From Minisyncoccota bacterium (lineage in GTDB: Bacteria > Patescibacteriota > Minisyncoccia > UBA6257 > 2-01-FULL-56-20): a DNA stretch of 64,000 nucleotides. Below are positions 37,898-48,522 of this stretch, in pieces. Every line of letters starts with the position of its first letter. Position 1 is the first letter of the stretch. The position numbers and the translations under genes are program-made. The notes under the pieces are model-generated. The model made no database searches. It saw only the letters and a list, made by a program, of their open reading frames with translations, and was not told where the DNA came from. The stretch is from contig DATKNI010000030.1 of NCBI GenBank assembly GCA_035541415.1, forward strand, positions 1,621 through 65,620, in the 5' to 3' direction.

Positions 37898-38491
37898 ATG
37901 GATCCGATCAAGATTAAGGTGATTATCGGCAGCACGCGTCCGGGCCGTTTCAGCGAGAAGCCGGCGCGGTGGATTTTTGAAGAAGCAAAGAAAGTCGAAG
38001 GCGTGGAAGCGGAGCTGCTCGATCTGCGGGATTATCCGTTGCCGTTTTTTGACGAGGCGCTGCCGCCTTCGATGACAAAAGAGCCGTATGCGAATCCCGT
38101 CGTACAGCAATGGACCGCAAAAATTGCCGATGGAGACGCGTTCATCGTACTGACGCCGGAATATAACCACGGCCCGTCGGCGGTCCTCAAGAATGCGATT
38201 GACTATGTCGGCAAGGAGTGGAACAAGAAGCCGGTCGGTTATGTGAGCTGGGGAAGCGTGTCCGGCGCTCGCGTCGTGGAGATGCTCCGCTTGACTGCGG
38301 TCGAGCTCCAAATGGCGCCGATCCGGCAGGCGCTCTATCTGCCCGGCACGGTGTATATGGCCGTGAAAGACGTGCCGACGGAAGCCATAAAACCGGAGAT
38401 GTTTGAAGCGGTCGCTCCGGCACAAGCCGCGTTTTTTGCCCAACTTATGTGGTGGGCGCGGGCGCTCAAGACGGCGCGGTCAGCCGGGTAA
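37898..38491 (+). CDS. NADPH-dependent FMN reductase
   Basis: GSTRPGRFS, TPEYNHG..AVLKNAID, EWNKKPV. Confidence 0.92.
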   Translation: MDPIKIKVIIGSTRPGRFSEKPARWIFEEAKKVEGVEAELLDLRDYPLPFFDEALPPSMTKEPYANPVVQQWTAKIADGDAFIVLTPEYNHGPSAVLKNAIDYVGKEWNKKPVGYVSWGSVSGARVVEMLRLTAVELQMAPIRQALYLPGTVYMAVKDVPTEAIKPEMFEAVAPAQAAFFAQLMWWARALKTARSAG

Positions 38492-38544
38492 CGGGCGTTC
38501 GGCTAAATTGCCCGCAAGCGGCTCGCGGCGTACAATGACCCTAT

Positions 38545-38736
38545 ATGGCCAAATCGTGGACAACGCTCATCGTGGGAGTCTGGATCGTGATCTCTCCCTG
38601 GCTCCTCGGATTCGCGGATATCTCCGTCATGAAATGGAGCAACCTCGCGGCCGGAACGGTAGTCATCCTGTTCGCCGTCTGGGACATCTTCGGAGAAAAG
38701 CCGCAAACACCATCGGTCGAAGAACATAAAAAATAA
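38545..38736 (+). CDS. SPW-repeat small membrane protein
   Basis: GVWIVISPWLLGF...WSN. Confidence 0.75.
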   Translation: MAKSWTTLIVGVWIVISPWLLGFADISVMKWSNLAAGTVVILFAVWDIFGEKPQTPSVEEHKK

Positions 38737-38751
38737 TCAACATTTATCATC

Positions 38752-39003
38752 ATGCCAACCGCACAGCACAAAGTAACCATCTACAGCACGCCGTCATGCG
38801 TGTACTGCAAGATGGCAAAAGAATTCTTTGCCAAGAACGGCGTTTCATATCAAGAGCACAACGTTGCATCCGATTTGGAGGCCCGCAAGGAAATGGTTGA
38901 AAAATCGCAGCAGCTCGGCGTTCCGGTCATCGAAGTCGATGACAACATCATCATCGGTTTCGACCAGAAGACGCTCGAACAGGTTCTGGAACTCAAGAAA
39001 TAA
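38752..39003 (+). CDS. Glutaredoxin-like (NrdH/YruB) protein
   Basis: IYSTPSCVYC, GVPVI, IIGFD. Confidence 0.92.
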   Translation: MPTAQHKVTIYSTPSCVYCKMAKEFFAKNGVSYQEHNVASDLEARKEMVEKSQQLGVPVIEVDDNIIIGFDQKTLEQVLELKK

Positions 39004-39011
39004 ATGACGGC

Positions 39012-39073
39012 TGGATGTTCTTGCCCTTTGCCTCCGAGCGAAGACGAGCGTCGGCAAAGGACAAGAACATCCA
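39012..39073. repeat. Intergenic palindrome, 21-bp arms
   Basis: tggatgttcttgccctttgcc / ggcaaaggacaagaacatcca, one mismatch. Confidence 0.85.
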
Positions 39074-39088
39074 TTCCGTAAAATATTC

Positions 39089-40024
39089 ATGATTTACGAC
39101 CTTATCATTATCGGCGGCGGCCCCGGCGGCGTAGCCGCAGGCATTTATGCCGCACGCAAAAAAATGAAATCCGTTTTGATAACGGATTCGTTCGGCGGCC
39201 AATCGCTCAACTCCGCCGGCATCGAAAACTGGATCGGCACAAAAGCGATCTCGGGTTTTGATCTGGCAAAAAATCTTGAGGAACATCTGCGATCGCAGGC
39301 TGGCATCGAGATTGTTGCGCCGGACATGGTGACGAAGATCGAAAAGAAAGATGTGGGAATTCCAAACGGGGGATTTTTGGTCACCACGCAAAGCGGAAAA
39401 ACATTTGAAACAAAGTATGTGCTCGTCACGGCCGGCAGCCGGCGCAAACGCCTCGGCGTCCCGGGCGAAGACGCATTCGACGGCAAGGGCGTGGTGTTCT
39501 GTACCACGTGCGATGCGCCGCTCTTTGAAGGCAAGACGGTTGCCGTGGTGGGCGGCGGCAACTCGGCGCTCGAAAGCGTGCTCGACCTCATTCCCTATGC
39601 TTCAAAAATATATTTAATCGTCCGCTCGAATGTCCTGAAGGGCGATCCCGTTTCGCAGGAAAAAGTGAAAACCCATCCGCAAGTTACGATCATGTGGAAC
39701 ACCGTCATCGAAGAGATCCGCGGCGATAAGTTTGTGACGGGCGTCCGGTACAAAGACACGCAGACGGGCGAATCAAAAGAACTCGCCCTCGACGGCGTAT
39801 TCGTCGAAGTCGGCCTCACGCCGAATTCTGATTTCACGAAAGGGCTTTTGGAAACGGAGCAATATGGCCATATCCACGTTGACCATCAGACCCAGGCCAC
39901 GTCCCAGCCGGGCATCTGGGCGGCGGGGGATGTAACCGACGGCCTCTATCAGCAGAACAATATCTCCGTGGGCGACTCCATTAAGGCGGTTTTGAACATC
40001 TACGACAAGATTAAAACGGGATAA
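39089..40024 (+). CDS. trxB: Thioredoxin reductase
   Basis: GGGPGG, GVVFCTTCD, GGGNSA, GVFVEVG..PN, AAGDVT. Confidence 0.9.
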   Translation: MIYDLIIIGGGPGGVAAGIYAARKKMKSVLITDSFGGQSLNSAGIENWIGTKAISGFDLAKNLEEHLRSQAGIEIVAPDMVTKIEKKDVGIPNGGFLVTTQSGKTFETKYVLVTAGSRRKRLGVPGEDAFDGKGVVFCTTCDAPLFEGKTVAVVGGGNSALESVLDLIPYASKIYLIVRSNVLKGDPVSQEKVKTHPQVTIMWNTVIEEIRGDKFVTGVRYKDTQTGESKELALDGVFVEVGLTPNSDFTKGLLETEQYGHIHVDHQTQATSQPGIWAAGDVTDGLYQQNNISVGDSIKAVLNIYDKIKTG

Positions 40025-40032
40025 ACCGGGGC

Positions 40033-40060
40033 TTGACGCAGGTAGACTCCCGAATATAAT
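40033..40060 (+). promoter_or_regulatory. groESL promoter (TTGACG-N16-TATAAT)
   Basis: Consensus -10 immediately upstream of CIRCE. Confidence 0.8.
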
Positions 40061-40065
40061 TGCTA

Positions 40066-40092
40066 TTGGCACTCTTTCGTCGGGAGTGCTAA
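40066..40092 (+). promoter_or_regulatory. CIRCE element (HrcA operator)
   Basis: TTGGCACTC-N9-GAGTGCTAA, one mismatch to consensus, upstream of groES. Confidence 0.95.
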
Positions 40093-40113
40093 AATTTACC
40101 TACTATATAAAAA

Positions 40114-40404
40114 ATGAACGTAAAACCATTATCAAACCACGTGTTCCTCGAGGCGCTCGAAGAAGAAAAAACAACCGCAAGCGGCATCGTTTTGCCTGAC
40201 ACGGCAGAGAAGGAAAAGCCGGTAAAGGGCAAAGTGCTGGCCGTCGGCCCCGGCAAGGTCCAGGAAAACGGCACCGTGCGTCCGGTTGCAGTGAACGTGG
40301 GCGACGTCGTGCTTTTCAAAAAATATGGTCCCGATGAAATCGAGATCGAAGGGAAAAAATATTTGGTTGGCGACGAAGACGATATTCTCGCCGTCCTCGA
40401 ATAG
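40114..40404 (+). CDS. groES: Co-chaperonin GroES
   Basis: KPL, TASGIVLPDTA.KEKP..G.VLAVGPG, DILA. Confidence 0.97.
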   Translation: MNVKPLSNHVFLEALEEEKTTASGIVLPDTAEKEKPVKGKVLAVGPGKVQENGTVRPVAVNVGDVVLFKKYGPDEIEIEGKKYLVGDEDDILAVLE

Positions 40405-40435
40405 GTCGCAAATCGGAATTATTAAAAATTTCTAA

Positions 40436-42109
<1,674 letters not shown>

Positions 42110-42115
42110 GATTGA

Positions 42116-42249
42116 CCAAAGGGAGATAAAACAAAATTGCGTCTATGAAGGTACGTGGTTCGCGCGTGCTCGCGCGACCACTCAAGTCTCGGCGCCGTCG
42201 CGCCTCCGACAGCCCTTCATATCCGCAATTTTGCTTTATCTCCCTCTGG
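42116..42249. repeat. Y-shaped palindromic element: 36-bp arms enclosing two short hairpins
   Basis: Arms 42116-42151 and 42214-42249 (4 mismatches); inner hairpins 42155-42181 and 42186-42210. Confidence 0.85.
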
Positions 42250-42325
42250 ACTCCCTCTTTATAATCCCGGCTTGAACCTTTTCTTTTTTCTTGGCGCAGG
42301 TATATAGTGTGGCGGGAGGTGTGTT

Positions 42326-42598
42326 ATGGGGAGGTTGGTTGTGGCGTTGCTTTTCTCGGGGATGATGGCGGTTTCTCTTTTCGCCAAGCAGACAGTTCCG
42401 GATTTCTCAAGGCGGACTGTTCCTGATGCACTGGAGAAGCCACGAGTGATTCAGGATCCTCGCATCCACGTCGGCGGTTTCCCAGCGATGATCATAAAAG
42501 TTCAAAAACGGCGCTGGGTGCCATTGCTCAAATTCAATCCACCCGAAGTGTTTGGCCCGAGGTGCGTGCGCAAGACCCCGTTCGGTCCATGCGAATAA
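42326..42598 (+). CDS. Hypothetical secreted protein
   Basis: GGGAGG SD, signal-peptide-like N-terminus, followed by a terminator. Confidence 0.55.
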   Translation: MGRLVVALLFSGMMAVSLFAKQTVPDFSRRTVPDALEKPRVIQDPRIHVGGFPAMIIKVQKRRWVPLLKFNPPEVFGPRCVRKTPFGPCE

Positions 42599-42605
42599 TA
42601 TATAC

Positions 42606-42646
42606 GAATCCGTCCGCGATTTTCACCGCGAGCGGATTCTTTTTTT
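42606..42646 (+). terminator. Intrinsic terminator
   Basis: gaatccg..cgcg / cgcg..cggattc followed by T7. Confidence 0.75.
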
Positions 42647-42734
42647 GGTGCGGCTTGCATATGCATAAGCACCAAAAAACGAGGCGCAATCGTATCTATA
42701 TTGAAAAATCTCCTAAATTTTGTATAATATCCTT

Positions 42735-43286
42735 ATGATCACTTGGATTGTTCTCGCAATCGTAGCCATCCTTATTATCTGGATTATTGCCGCTTTCAAC
42801 GGCCTTGTCCGCTTGCGCACCCGCGCCCAGGAAGGCTGGTCAGACATCGACGTCCAGCTCAAGCGCCGCTATGACCTCATCCCGAATCTCGTTGAAACCG
42901 TAAAGGGATATGCCGCCCACGAATCAAGCGTTTTTGAAAATGTCACGAAGGCTCGCTCCGTCGCCATGCAGACGACCGGCCCCGCAAAGGCTGACGCGGA
43001 GAACCAGCTCTCGGGCGCATTGAAGTCGCTCTTCGCCGTTGCGGAAAATTATCCGGACCTCAAGGCGAATCAGAACTTTTTGAATTTGCAGAACGAACTC
43101 ACCGATACCGAAGACAAAATTCAAGCGGCACGCCGCTTCTATAACGGCATGGTGCGCGACTTCAACACCAAGACGCAAACATTTCCGTCCAATCTCATTG
43201 CGAGCTCGTTCAACTTCAAGCCGATGCAGTTCTTCGGCGATGACATGACGGCGGCTGAACGGCAACCGGTGCAAGTAAAATTTTAA
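42735..43286 (+). CDS. lemA: LemA family protein
   Basis: [49 protein letters not shown]. Confidence 0.96.
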   Translation: MITWIVLAIVAILIIWIIAAFNGLVRLRTRAQEGWSDIDVQLKRRYDLIPNLVETVKGYAAHESSVFENVTKARSVAMQTTGPAKADAENQLSGALKSLFAVAENYPDLKANQNFLNLQNELTDTEDKIQAARRFYNGMVRDFNTKTQTFPSNLIASSFNFKPMQFFGDDMTAAERQPVQVKF

Positions 43287-43295
43287 CTGGTATTC

Positions 43296-43360
43296 GAAGA
43301 ATGGGTTTGTCCCTCGGAGCATACTAAGAATATATGCTCCTCGGAACAAGCCCATTCTTC
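43296..43360. repeat. Intergenic palindrome, 28-bp arms
   Basis: gaagaatgggtttgtccctcggagcata-N9-tatgctcctcggaacaagcccattcttc. Confidence 0.85.
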
Positions 43361-43392
43361 TTCAACTCATTTTAAATTTTTATTTAATTTAT

Positions 43393-44313
43393 ATGGCTAC
43401 TTCTTCTAATGTTTACGCTCTCCAGTCGTCGAACATCCATAAGACATGGATGATGTTCGTCGTCTTTTTTATCGTGCTCGGCGCGCTGGGATATGCGATC
43501 TCGATGTACTACGGCGATCCAAGCTACCTGTACTTCGCGCTTATCTTCAGCGTGGTCTATTCGCTCATCAGCTATTATTCTTCGGCAAGCATTGCGCTCT
43601 CGCTTGCGCGCGCGCAGGAAATCCAAAAGAGCGATAACCCGATGCTGTGGAACATCGTTGAGAATCTTGCGATTGAAGAAGGCCTGCCGATGCCCAAGTT
43701 GTATATCACGCCCGAGCTGCAGATCAACGCATTCGCCACGGGACGCGATCCGCAGCATGCGGCTGTTGCCGTGACGCAGGGAGCATTGCAGCGGCTTGAT
43801 AAGAATGAACTGCAGGGCGTCCTCGCGCACGAAATTTCGCATGTGCAGAACCGCGACATTTTGGTTTCGACCGTCGCCGCAATTCTCGCCGGCGTCATTT
43901 CTTTGATCGCCGACATTTTTCTCCGCTCATTCATGTGGGGCGGCATCGGCGGCGGGCGGGGCGGGGGACGCAACAATAACGAAGTTGGCGGATTATTTTT
44001 CCTGCTCGCCATCGCCCTTTCGATCCTCGCGCCGATCGGCACGATGTTGATCCAGCTTGCCATCTCGCGCCGCCGCGAGGCGCTTGCCGACGCATCGGGC
44101 GTTTTGCTCACGCGCTATCCGGCGGGACTCATCTCCGCTTTGCAGAAGATCGGCGCCGACACCGTGCCGATGCGCTCCGCCAAGGATTCCACCGCGCATT
44201 TGTGGATCGATACGCCATTCAAGGGTGAGCACGTTTCGTGGTGGCACCGTATTTGGATGACGCATCCGCCGATCGAGGAGCGCATTGCCGCGCTCGAGAA
44301 GCTTGCGATGTAG
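43393..44313 (+). CDS. htpX: Zinc metalloprotease HtpX (M48)
   Basis: NAFATGR, AHEISH, SRRREALAD, THPPIEERI. Confidence 0.94.
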   Translation: MATSSNVYALQSSNIHKTWMMFVVFFIVLGALGYAISMYYGDPSYLYFALIFSVVYSLISYYSSASIALSLARAQEIQKSDNPMLWNIVENLAIEEGLPMPKLYITPELQINAFATGRDPQHAAVAVTQGALQRLDKNELQGVLAHEISHVQNRDILVSTVAAILAGVISLIADIFLRSFMWGGIGGGRGGGRNNNEVGGLFFLLAIALSILAPIGTMLIQLAISRRREALADASGVLLTRYPAGLISALQKIGADTVPMRSAKDSTAHLWIDTPFKGEHVSWWHRIWMTHPPIEERIAALEKLAM

Positions 44314-44426
44314 TGGTCGTGTTTGCGATGAACCCTGCCGTCCGGCATGGTTCTTATTTTGCGACCTTGAAGATAAACGACTTTCAGGGCACAATAAGGT
44401 GCGAGCGCGCAACGCGTTCGGCATCT

Positions 44427-44513
44427 GGAGAGGTGCGTGAGCGGTTGAAACGGCAGTCCTGGAAAGACTGTATGCCAGAAATGGCATCGAGGGTTCGAAT
44501 CCCTCCCTCTCCG
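44427..44513 (+). tRNA. tRNA-Ser(GGA)
   Basis: GGAGAGG/CCTCTCC acceptor stem, CAGTC-CTGGAAA-GACTG anticodon arm, long variable arm, GGTTCGAATCC; CCA not encoded. Confidence 0.96.
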
Positions 44514-44518
44514 CGTTG

Positions 44519-44553
44519 ATGGGCTGAGGTAATTATCTCAGCCCATTTTATTT
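44519..44553 (+). terminator. Terminator after tRNA
   Basis: atgggctgag..ctcagcccat followed by T-rich tract. Confidence 0.75.
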
Positions 44554-44577
44554 ATCCCGTTATAGTACAGTTAATGG

Positions 44578-45138
44578 ATGGGGAAGGTTATTAATGGAGT
44601 GTTTCTCATTGTCCTCGTGGCTGTGTTTGGTTTTGTTTCGTCCGCTTCCGCCCATGTATGGCGGACGGATGGGAATATCACCGTGCTGTTACACGTAAAC
44701 CCTATCGACGCACCAGTCGCAGGACAACCTGCAGAACTTCTTTTCGGCATTACCGATGCCGCAAATCAATTTGCCACTGGCACTTGCCAGTGCAGTGTTG
44801 AGGTATCGGAAAACGGAAAGGTGTTATTGAACAAAGAACTTATCCCTTGGACGGGAGGCCCAAGTTTATTCACCTACGAGATGCCTTTCACATTTCCTAA
44901 TCCGGCGGTCTATAGTATTGTCGTGACGGGCAGTCCCAAGGCGAGCGGGACCTTCCAAAATTTCCAGGTTTCTTACGATGAGCGTGTGGGTAGAAATCCA
45001 AATGACCCCTCTGCCGATTCTGATCCGCTTTTCTATCTCGCGATGGGCGGGGTCGCCGTTTTGATCCTCGGTTCGCTATACTTAACCTATAGACAGGTAA
45101 AAAGAGAATGGAACGAAAATTCATCATCGGAGGCATAG
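44578..45138 (+). CDS. Exported, C-terminally anchored hypothetical protein with mature N-terminal His
   Basis: Signal ASA|HV, LLHVNP.D.P.AG, CxC, C-terminal TM. Confidence 0.7.
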   Translation: MGKVINGVFLIVLVAVFGFVSSASAHVWRTDGNITVLLHVNPIDAPVAGQPAELLFGITDAANQFATGTCQCSVEVSENGKVLLNKELIPWTGGPSLFTYEMPFTFPNPAVYSIVVTGSPKASGTFQNFQVSYDERVGRNPNDPSADSDPLFYLAMGGVAVLILGSLYLTYRQVKREWNENSSSEA

Positions 45139-45701
45139 TGGCAGTAACGTTCGCATTCGCGGGCGCGCACCAAGCGTCCGCCCACGTCATTGTGACGCCA
45201 AGTAGCATAGGCATCGGCACGGATGACGTACCGTTTACGGCTGGCGTTCCCAATGAGAAAAATATTCCCGTCATAGGCCTTAAACTCCTCATTCCGTCAG
45301 GGTTGGCTGATGTTGTGCCAAACGTAAAACCGGGGTGGACGATCGCGGTCAAGAAAAATGGCGATCAGGTTACGGAAATCGATTGGGCTGGCGGCAGTAT
45401 CCCCGTGGGCGAGCGCGACCAGTTTACGTTCAGCGCCCAAGTCCCCGCTGATCCGGCCACGCTGGATTGGAAGGCATACCAGACGTATAAAGATGGGAGT
45501 GTTGTTTCGTGGGATGAGGATCCAAACGATCTTACCGCGACAAATCCTTATTCAGAAACACAAGTCATAGACGATCTTGCCCAAACGCAACCATCGTGGT
45601 TTGCAGAGAACGGGATAGCGCTGAGTTTTGCATTAAGCATCTTGGCTGTAATCATTTCGGCATATGCATTGAGAAAGGCGGCGGCGAACAAACGGCTATA
45701 G
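45108..45701 (+). CDS. YcnI/DUF1775 copper-binding membrane protein
   Basis: ASA|HVIVTP, VPNE, KPGWT, WKAYQTY.DG.VV.W, C-terminal TM. Confidence 0.85.
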   Translation: MERKFIIGGIVAVTFAFAGAHQASAHVIVTPSSIGIGTDDVPFTAGVPNEKNIPVIGLKLLIPSGLADVVPNVKPGWTIAVKKNGDQVTEIDWAGGSIPVGERDQFTFSAQVPADPATLDWKAYQTYKDGSVVSWDEDPNDLTATNPYSETQVIDDLAQTQPSWFAENGIALSFALSILAVIISAYALRKAAANKRL

Positions 45702-45719
45702 TGGTATGAAGCCCCGACG

Positions 45720-45745
45720 AGGCTATCCATACGGGTGGCCTTTTC
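45720..45745 (+). terminator. Probable terminator
   Basis: aggctatcc-atac-gggtggcct followed by T-tract. Confidence 0.55.
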
Positions 45746-45806
45746 TATTGCAAGGCAAGCGGGTGTATACTGTGGCTGAAAGGCGAAAATTAAAAATATT
45801 ATCAAT

Positions 45807-46574
45807 ATGACCACTCTATTAATCATCGTAGTTGTCATTCTCCTCGCCGGTATCCGGGTCGTCCAGCAATACCAAAAGGGCGTCGTGTTCCGTTTTGGGA
45901 AAATCGTAGGCCAGCGGGGGCCGGGCCTCACCTGGGTGATTCCGGTCTTTGACAGCTTGCGCCGCGTCGACTTGCGTACCGTCACATGGCCGGTGCCGGC
46001 GCAGAAGATTATCACAAAAGATAACGTGTCCGTCGATGTCTCGGCCGTTTCATATTACAAAATTGTCGATCCGGTAAAAAGCATCATTGCTATTCAAAGC
46101 GTGCGCGAAGCGATCGACCAGATCGCGCAAACCTCTCTCCGCAACGTCGTCGGCAAATTCCAGCTCGACGAAATCCTTTCCGAACGCGACGTGATCAACG
46201 CCGAGATCACCAAAATTCTCGATGCATTCACCGAGCAGTGGGGCGTCGTGGTTAGCGCGGTTGAAATCAAAGACATCCAGCTGCCGGAAGATATGCAGCG
46301 CGCGATTGCAAAGCAGGCAGAAGCAGAACGCGAAAAGCGCGCCAAGATCATTTCTGCGGAAGGCGAATTCCTTTCGGCGCAGAAGCTTGCGGATACCGCT
46401 GACATCATGATGGCGCATCCGATTGCGCTCCAGCTCCGCAATTTGCAGACGCTCGCCGAGATCGCAACGGAAAAGAATTCAACGATCATCTTCCCGGCTC
46501 AGCTCATGGGAACGGTGAATGATATCCAGAACTTCCTCAAGGAAGAGCAGACGAAGAAAAATCCTGGACGATAG
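45807..46574 (+). CDS. SPFH/stomatin (slipin) family protein
   Basis: VVFRFGK, ITKDNVSV, AQTSLRNVVG, QAEAEREKRAKII.AEGE, ALQLR.LQTL. Confidence 0.94.
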   Translation: MTTLLIIVVVILLAGIRVVQQYQKGVVFRFGKIVGQRGPGLTWVIPVFDSLRRVDLRTVTWPVPAQKIITKDNVSVDVSAVSYYKIVDPVKSIIAIQSVREAIDQIAQTSLRNVVGKFQLDEILSERDVINAEITKILDAFTEQWGVVVSAVEIKDIQLPEDMQRAIAKQAEAEREKRAKIISAEGEFLSAQKLADTADIMMAHPIALQLRNLQTLAEIATEKNSTIIFPAQLMGTVNDIQNFLKEEQTKKNPGR

Positions 46575-46630
46575 TAAGCTTCCTGCCAAAATCGCTGGGA
46601 ATATTCGGTGTTTTCCTCTAAGATAGGGGA

Positions 46631-47893
46631 ATGGGATTTGGACCTAAAAAAGCAATCGCACTCATCATTTTGCTCGTGATTGCCGCGGCTCTCATCTATG
46701 CGTTTGTGCATGCTTCGCGCAACGTCACGGTGGGCGATGACACCGGAATAACCTCGGCTCAATCGGCGGATCATGCGGCGAGCGGCACGAGTACGAGCAC
46801 CGGCACGAGCGCCGGAACGAGCACGGTTTCGGCGAGTACGTCCGCAACCGGCACATCCGGGATCGGCGATCCGGCGGCGCCGATCACGCTCGATTTCAAT
46901 GAGGGCCAGTGGGACAATTCAACGACCACGCGCGTGGATGCGGCGACCTATGATGCAAAAGTGCTCGCGCTCGCAAATGTTCCCCTCAGAAAATATACGG
47001 TCACGTCAACGATCACGGTCGGAACGACCACGGCAGTGATCACAACGACCACGCTGAAACGCGCGCCGAGCGTCTGGCCGGTGACGGACGCGCCGTATCC
47101 GCTCGCGGGAGCGCTCTTGCCGTTCAATCGCATTGTTGCATACTACGGCAATTTTTATTCCACGCAGATGGGCGTGCTCGGCGAATATCCTCCGCAGGAA
47201 ATGCTTGCGAGACTCGCGTCAACGTCCGCGGCGTGGGCCGCAGCCGATCCTTCGACGCCGGTGATCCCCGCGCTCGACTACATTGCGGTTTCGGCGCAGG
47301 GGAGCGCGGGTTCCGACGGGAAGTATCGTTTGCGGATGCCGCCGGATCAGATTGAGAAAGCTATCGGCCTCGCAAACCAAGTGCACGGCATCGTTTTTCT
47401 CGATCTTCAGGTTGGCTTGAGCAGCGTTGAAACGGAAGTCCCGCTTCTCGAACAATTTTTGAAGATGCCAAACGTGGAGCTCTCGCTTGATCCCGAGTTC
47501 GATATGTGGGGCGGCCATCGGCCCGGCACGGTGATCGGCACGATGGATGCAAACGACATCAACTGGGCGGCGAATTATCTTGCGAACCTCGTGGCGGCCA
47601 ATAATCTGCCGCCGAAAATTCTCGTGGTGCACCGGTTCACCGAACCGATGGTCACGAACTATAAAAAGATTTTGCCCCTGCCGCAGGTGCAGATCGTGAT
47701 GGACATGGACGGCTTTGGCCCGCCCGCCCAGAAGCTCTCAACGTACAACGATTTCATCGCCCCGGAACCGGTCCAATTCACCGGGTTCAAGCTATTCTAT
47801 AAGAACGACATTCTGGTGCCGGGAAGCCATCTTTTGACCCCCAAGGAGCTCTTGGGGCTTTCTCCCCAGCCGAGTTATATCCAATACCAGTAA
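46631..47893 (+). CDS. Membrane-anchored conserved hypothetical protein with Ser/Thr linker (possible TIM-barrel/GH-like domain)
   Basis: TM anchor, S/T-rich linker, RIVAYYG, LDLQVG, LDPEF, VHRF, DMDGFG, GFKLFY. Confidence 0.65.
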   Translation: MGFGPKKAIALIILLVIAAALIYAFVHASRNVTVGDDTGITSAQSADHAASGTSTSTGTSAGTSTVSASTSATGTSGIGDPAAPITLDFNEGQWDNSTTTRVDAATYDAKVLALANVPLRKYTVTSTITVGTTTAVITTTTLKRAPSVWPVTDAPYPLAGALLPFNRIVAYYGNFYSTQMGVLGEYPPQEMLARLASTSAAWAAADPSTPVIPALDYIAVSAQGSAGSDGKYRLRMPPDQIEKAIGLANQVHGIVFLDLQVGLSSVETEVPLLEQFLKMPNVELSLDPEFDMWGGHRPGTVIGTMDANDINWAANYLANLVAANNLPPKILVVHRFTEPMVTNYKKILPLPQVQIVMDMDGFGPPAQKLSTYNDFIAPEPVQFTGFKLFYKNDILVPGSHLLTPKELLGLSPQPSYIQYQ

Positions 47894-47958
47894 AAACCTC
47901 GGTTTTCACGGTTTTTGTTGAAAAAACAGGCCATTTTTGGTAGGCTAAGGGGGTAGTT

Positions 47959-48492
47959 ATGGACTCTGCTTATAAGGGCCAAATTCCCGATTCGGTTTTA
48001 CCGTATCCAAAAGGCCTTTGGAACCGAACTAAATACGCCTTTTGGAAGCTTATTTCCCCGGGGTATGTCCGGGGACGGGACACGCTTTTGCGTTTGGGCA
48101 TTATCCACCATGAAGGGCGGCAGAATTTTCTGATCGGAACATTAGCGCCCGGGGTGAAGCTTGAAGATTTTTTGGTTTATTTAAAAACCCAGCAATTTGG
48201 GAACCATTTTATTGCGTGGGAAGACGATGACGAACTCGTGAGCGTGCGTCGTCTGGATAATTTTGAATGGCAGTATCATCTCCGCGTTTTCAAAGATCGC
48301 GAGGTGCGCGGGCATTATGAGTACACGCCCGAAGCCCATCCGGCATGGCATTCCATGGAAGTGCGCTGGGAACCCCGCCGCGATGACTTCCTTAGGTTCT
48401 TGGGCGATTGGGTTATCCCAAGCAAGACCTTTCCCGAAGCCATCCCGCAAGCCGCGCAGATAAAAGCGCCACTCACAAAAGACGCAAAATAA
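47959..48492 (+). CDS. Hypothetical protein
   Basis: Fills the gap; QYHLRVF...RGHYEYTPE.HP..H. Confidence 0.7.
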   Translation: MDSAYKGQIPDSVLPYPKGLWNRTKYAFWKLISPGYVRGRDTLLRLGIIHHEGRQNFLIGTLAPGVKLEDFLVYLKTQQFGNHFIAWEDDDELVSVRRLDNFEWQYHLRVFKDREVRGHYEYTPEAHPAWHSMEVRWEPRRDDFLRFLGDWVIPSKTFPEAIPQAAQIKAPLTKDAK

Positions 48493-48522
48493 AATCTCCG
48501 CCCGCTGCGGAGATTTTATTTT
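48486..48522. terminator. Bidirectional terminator between convergent genes
   Basis: aaaataaaatctccgc-ccgct-gcggagattttatttt. Confidence 0.8.
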
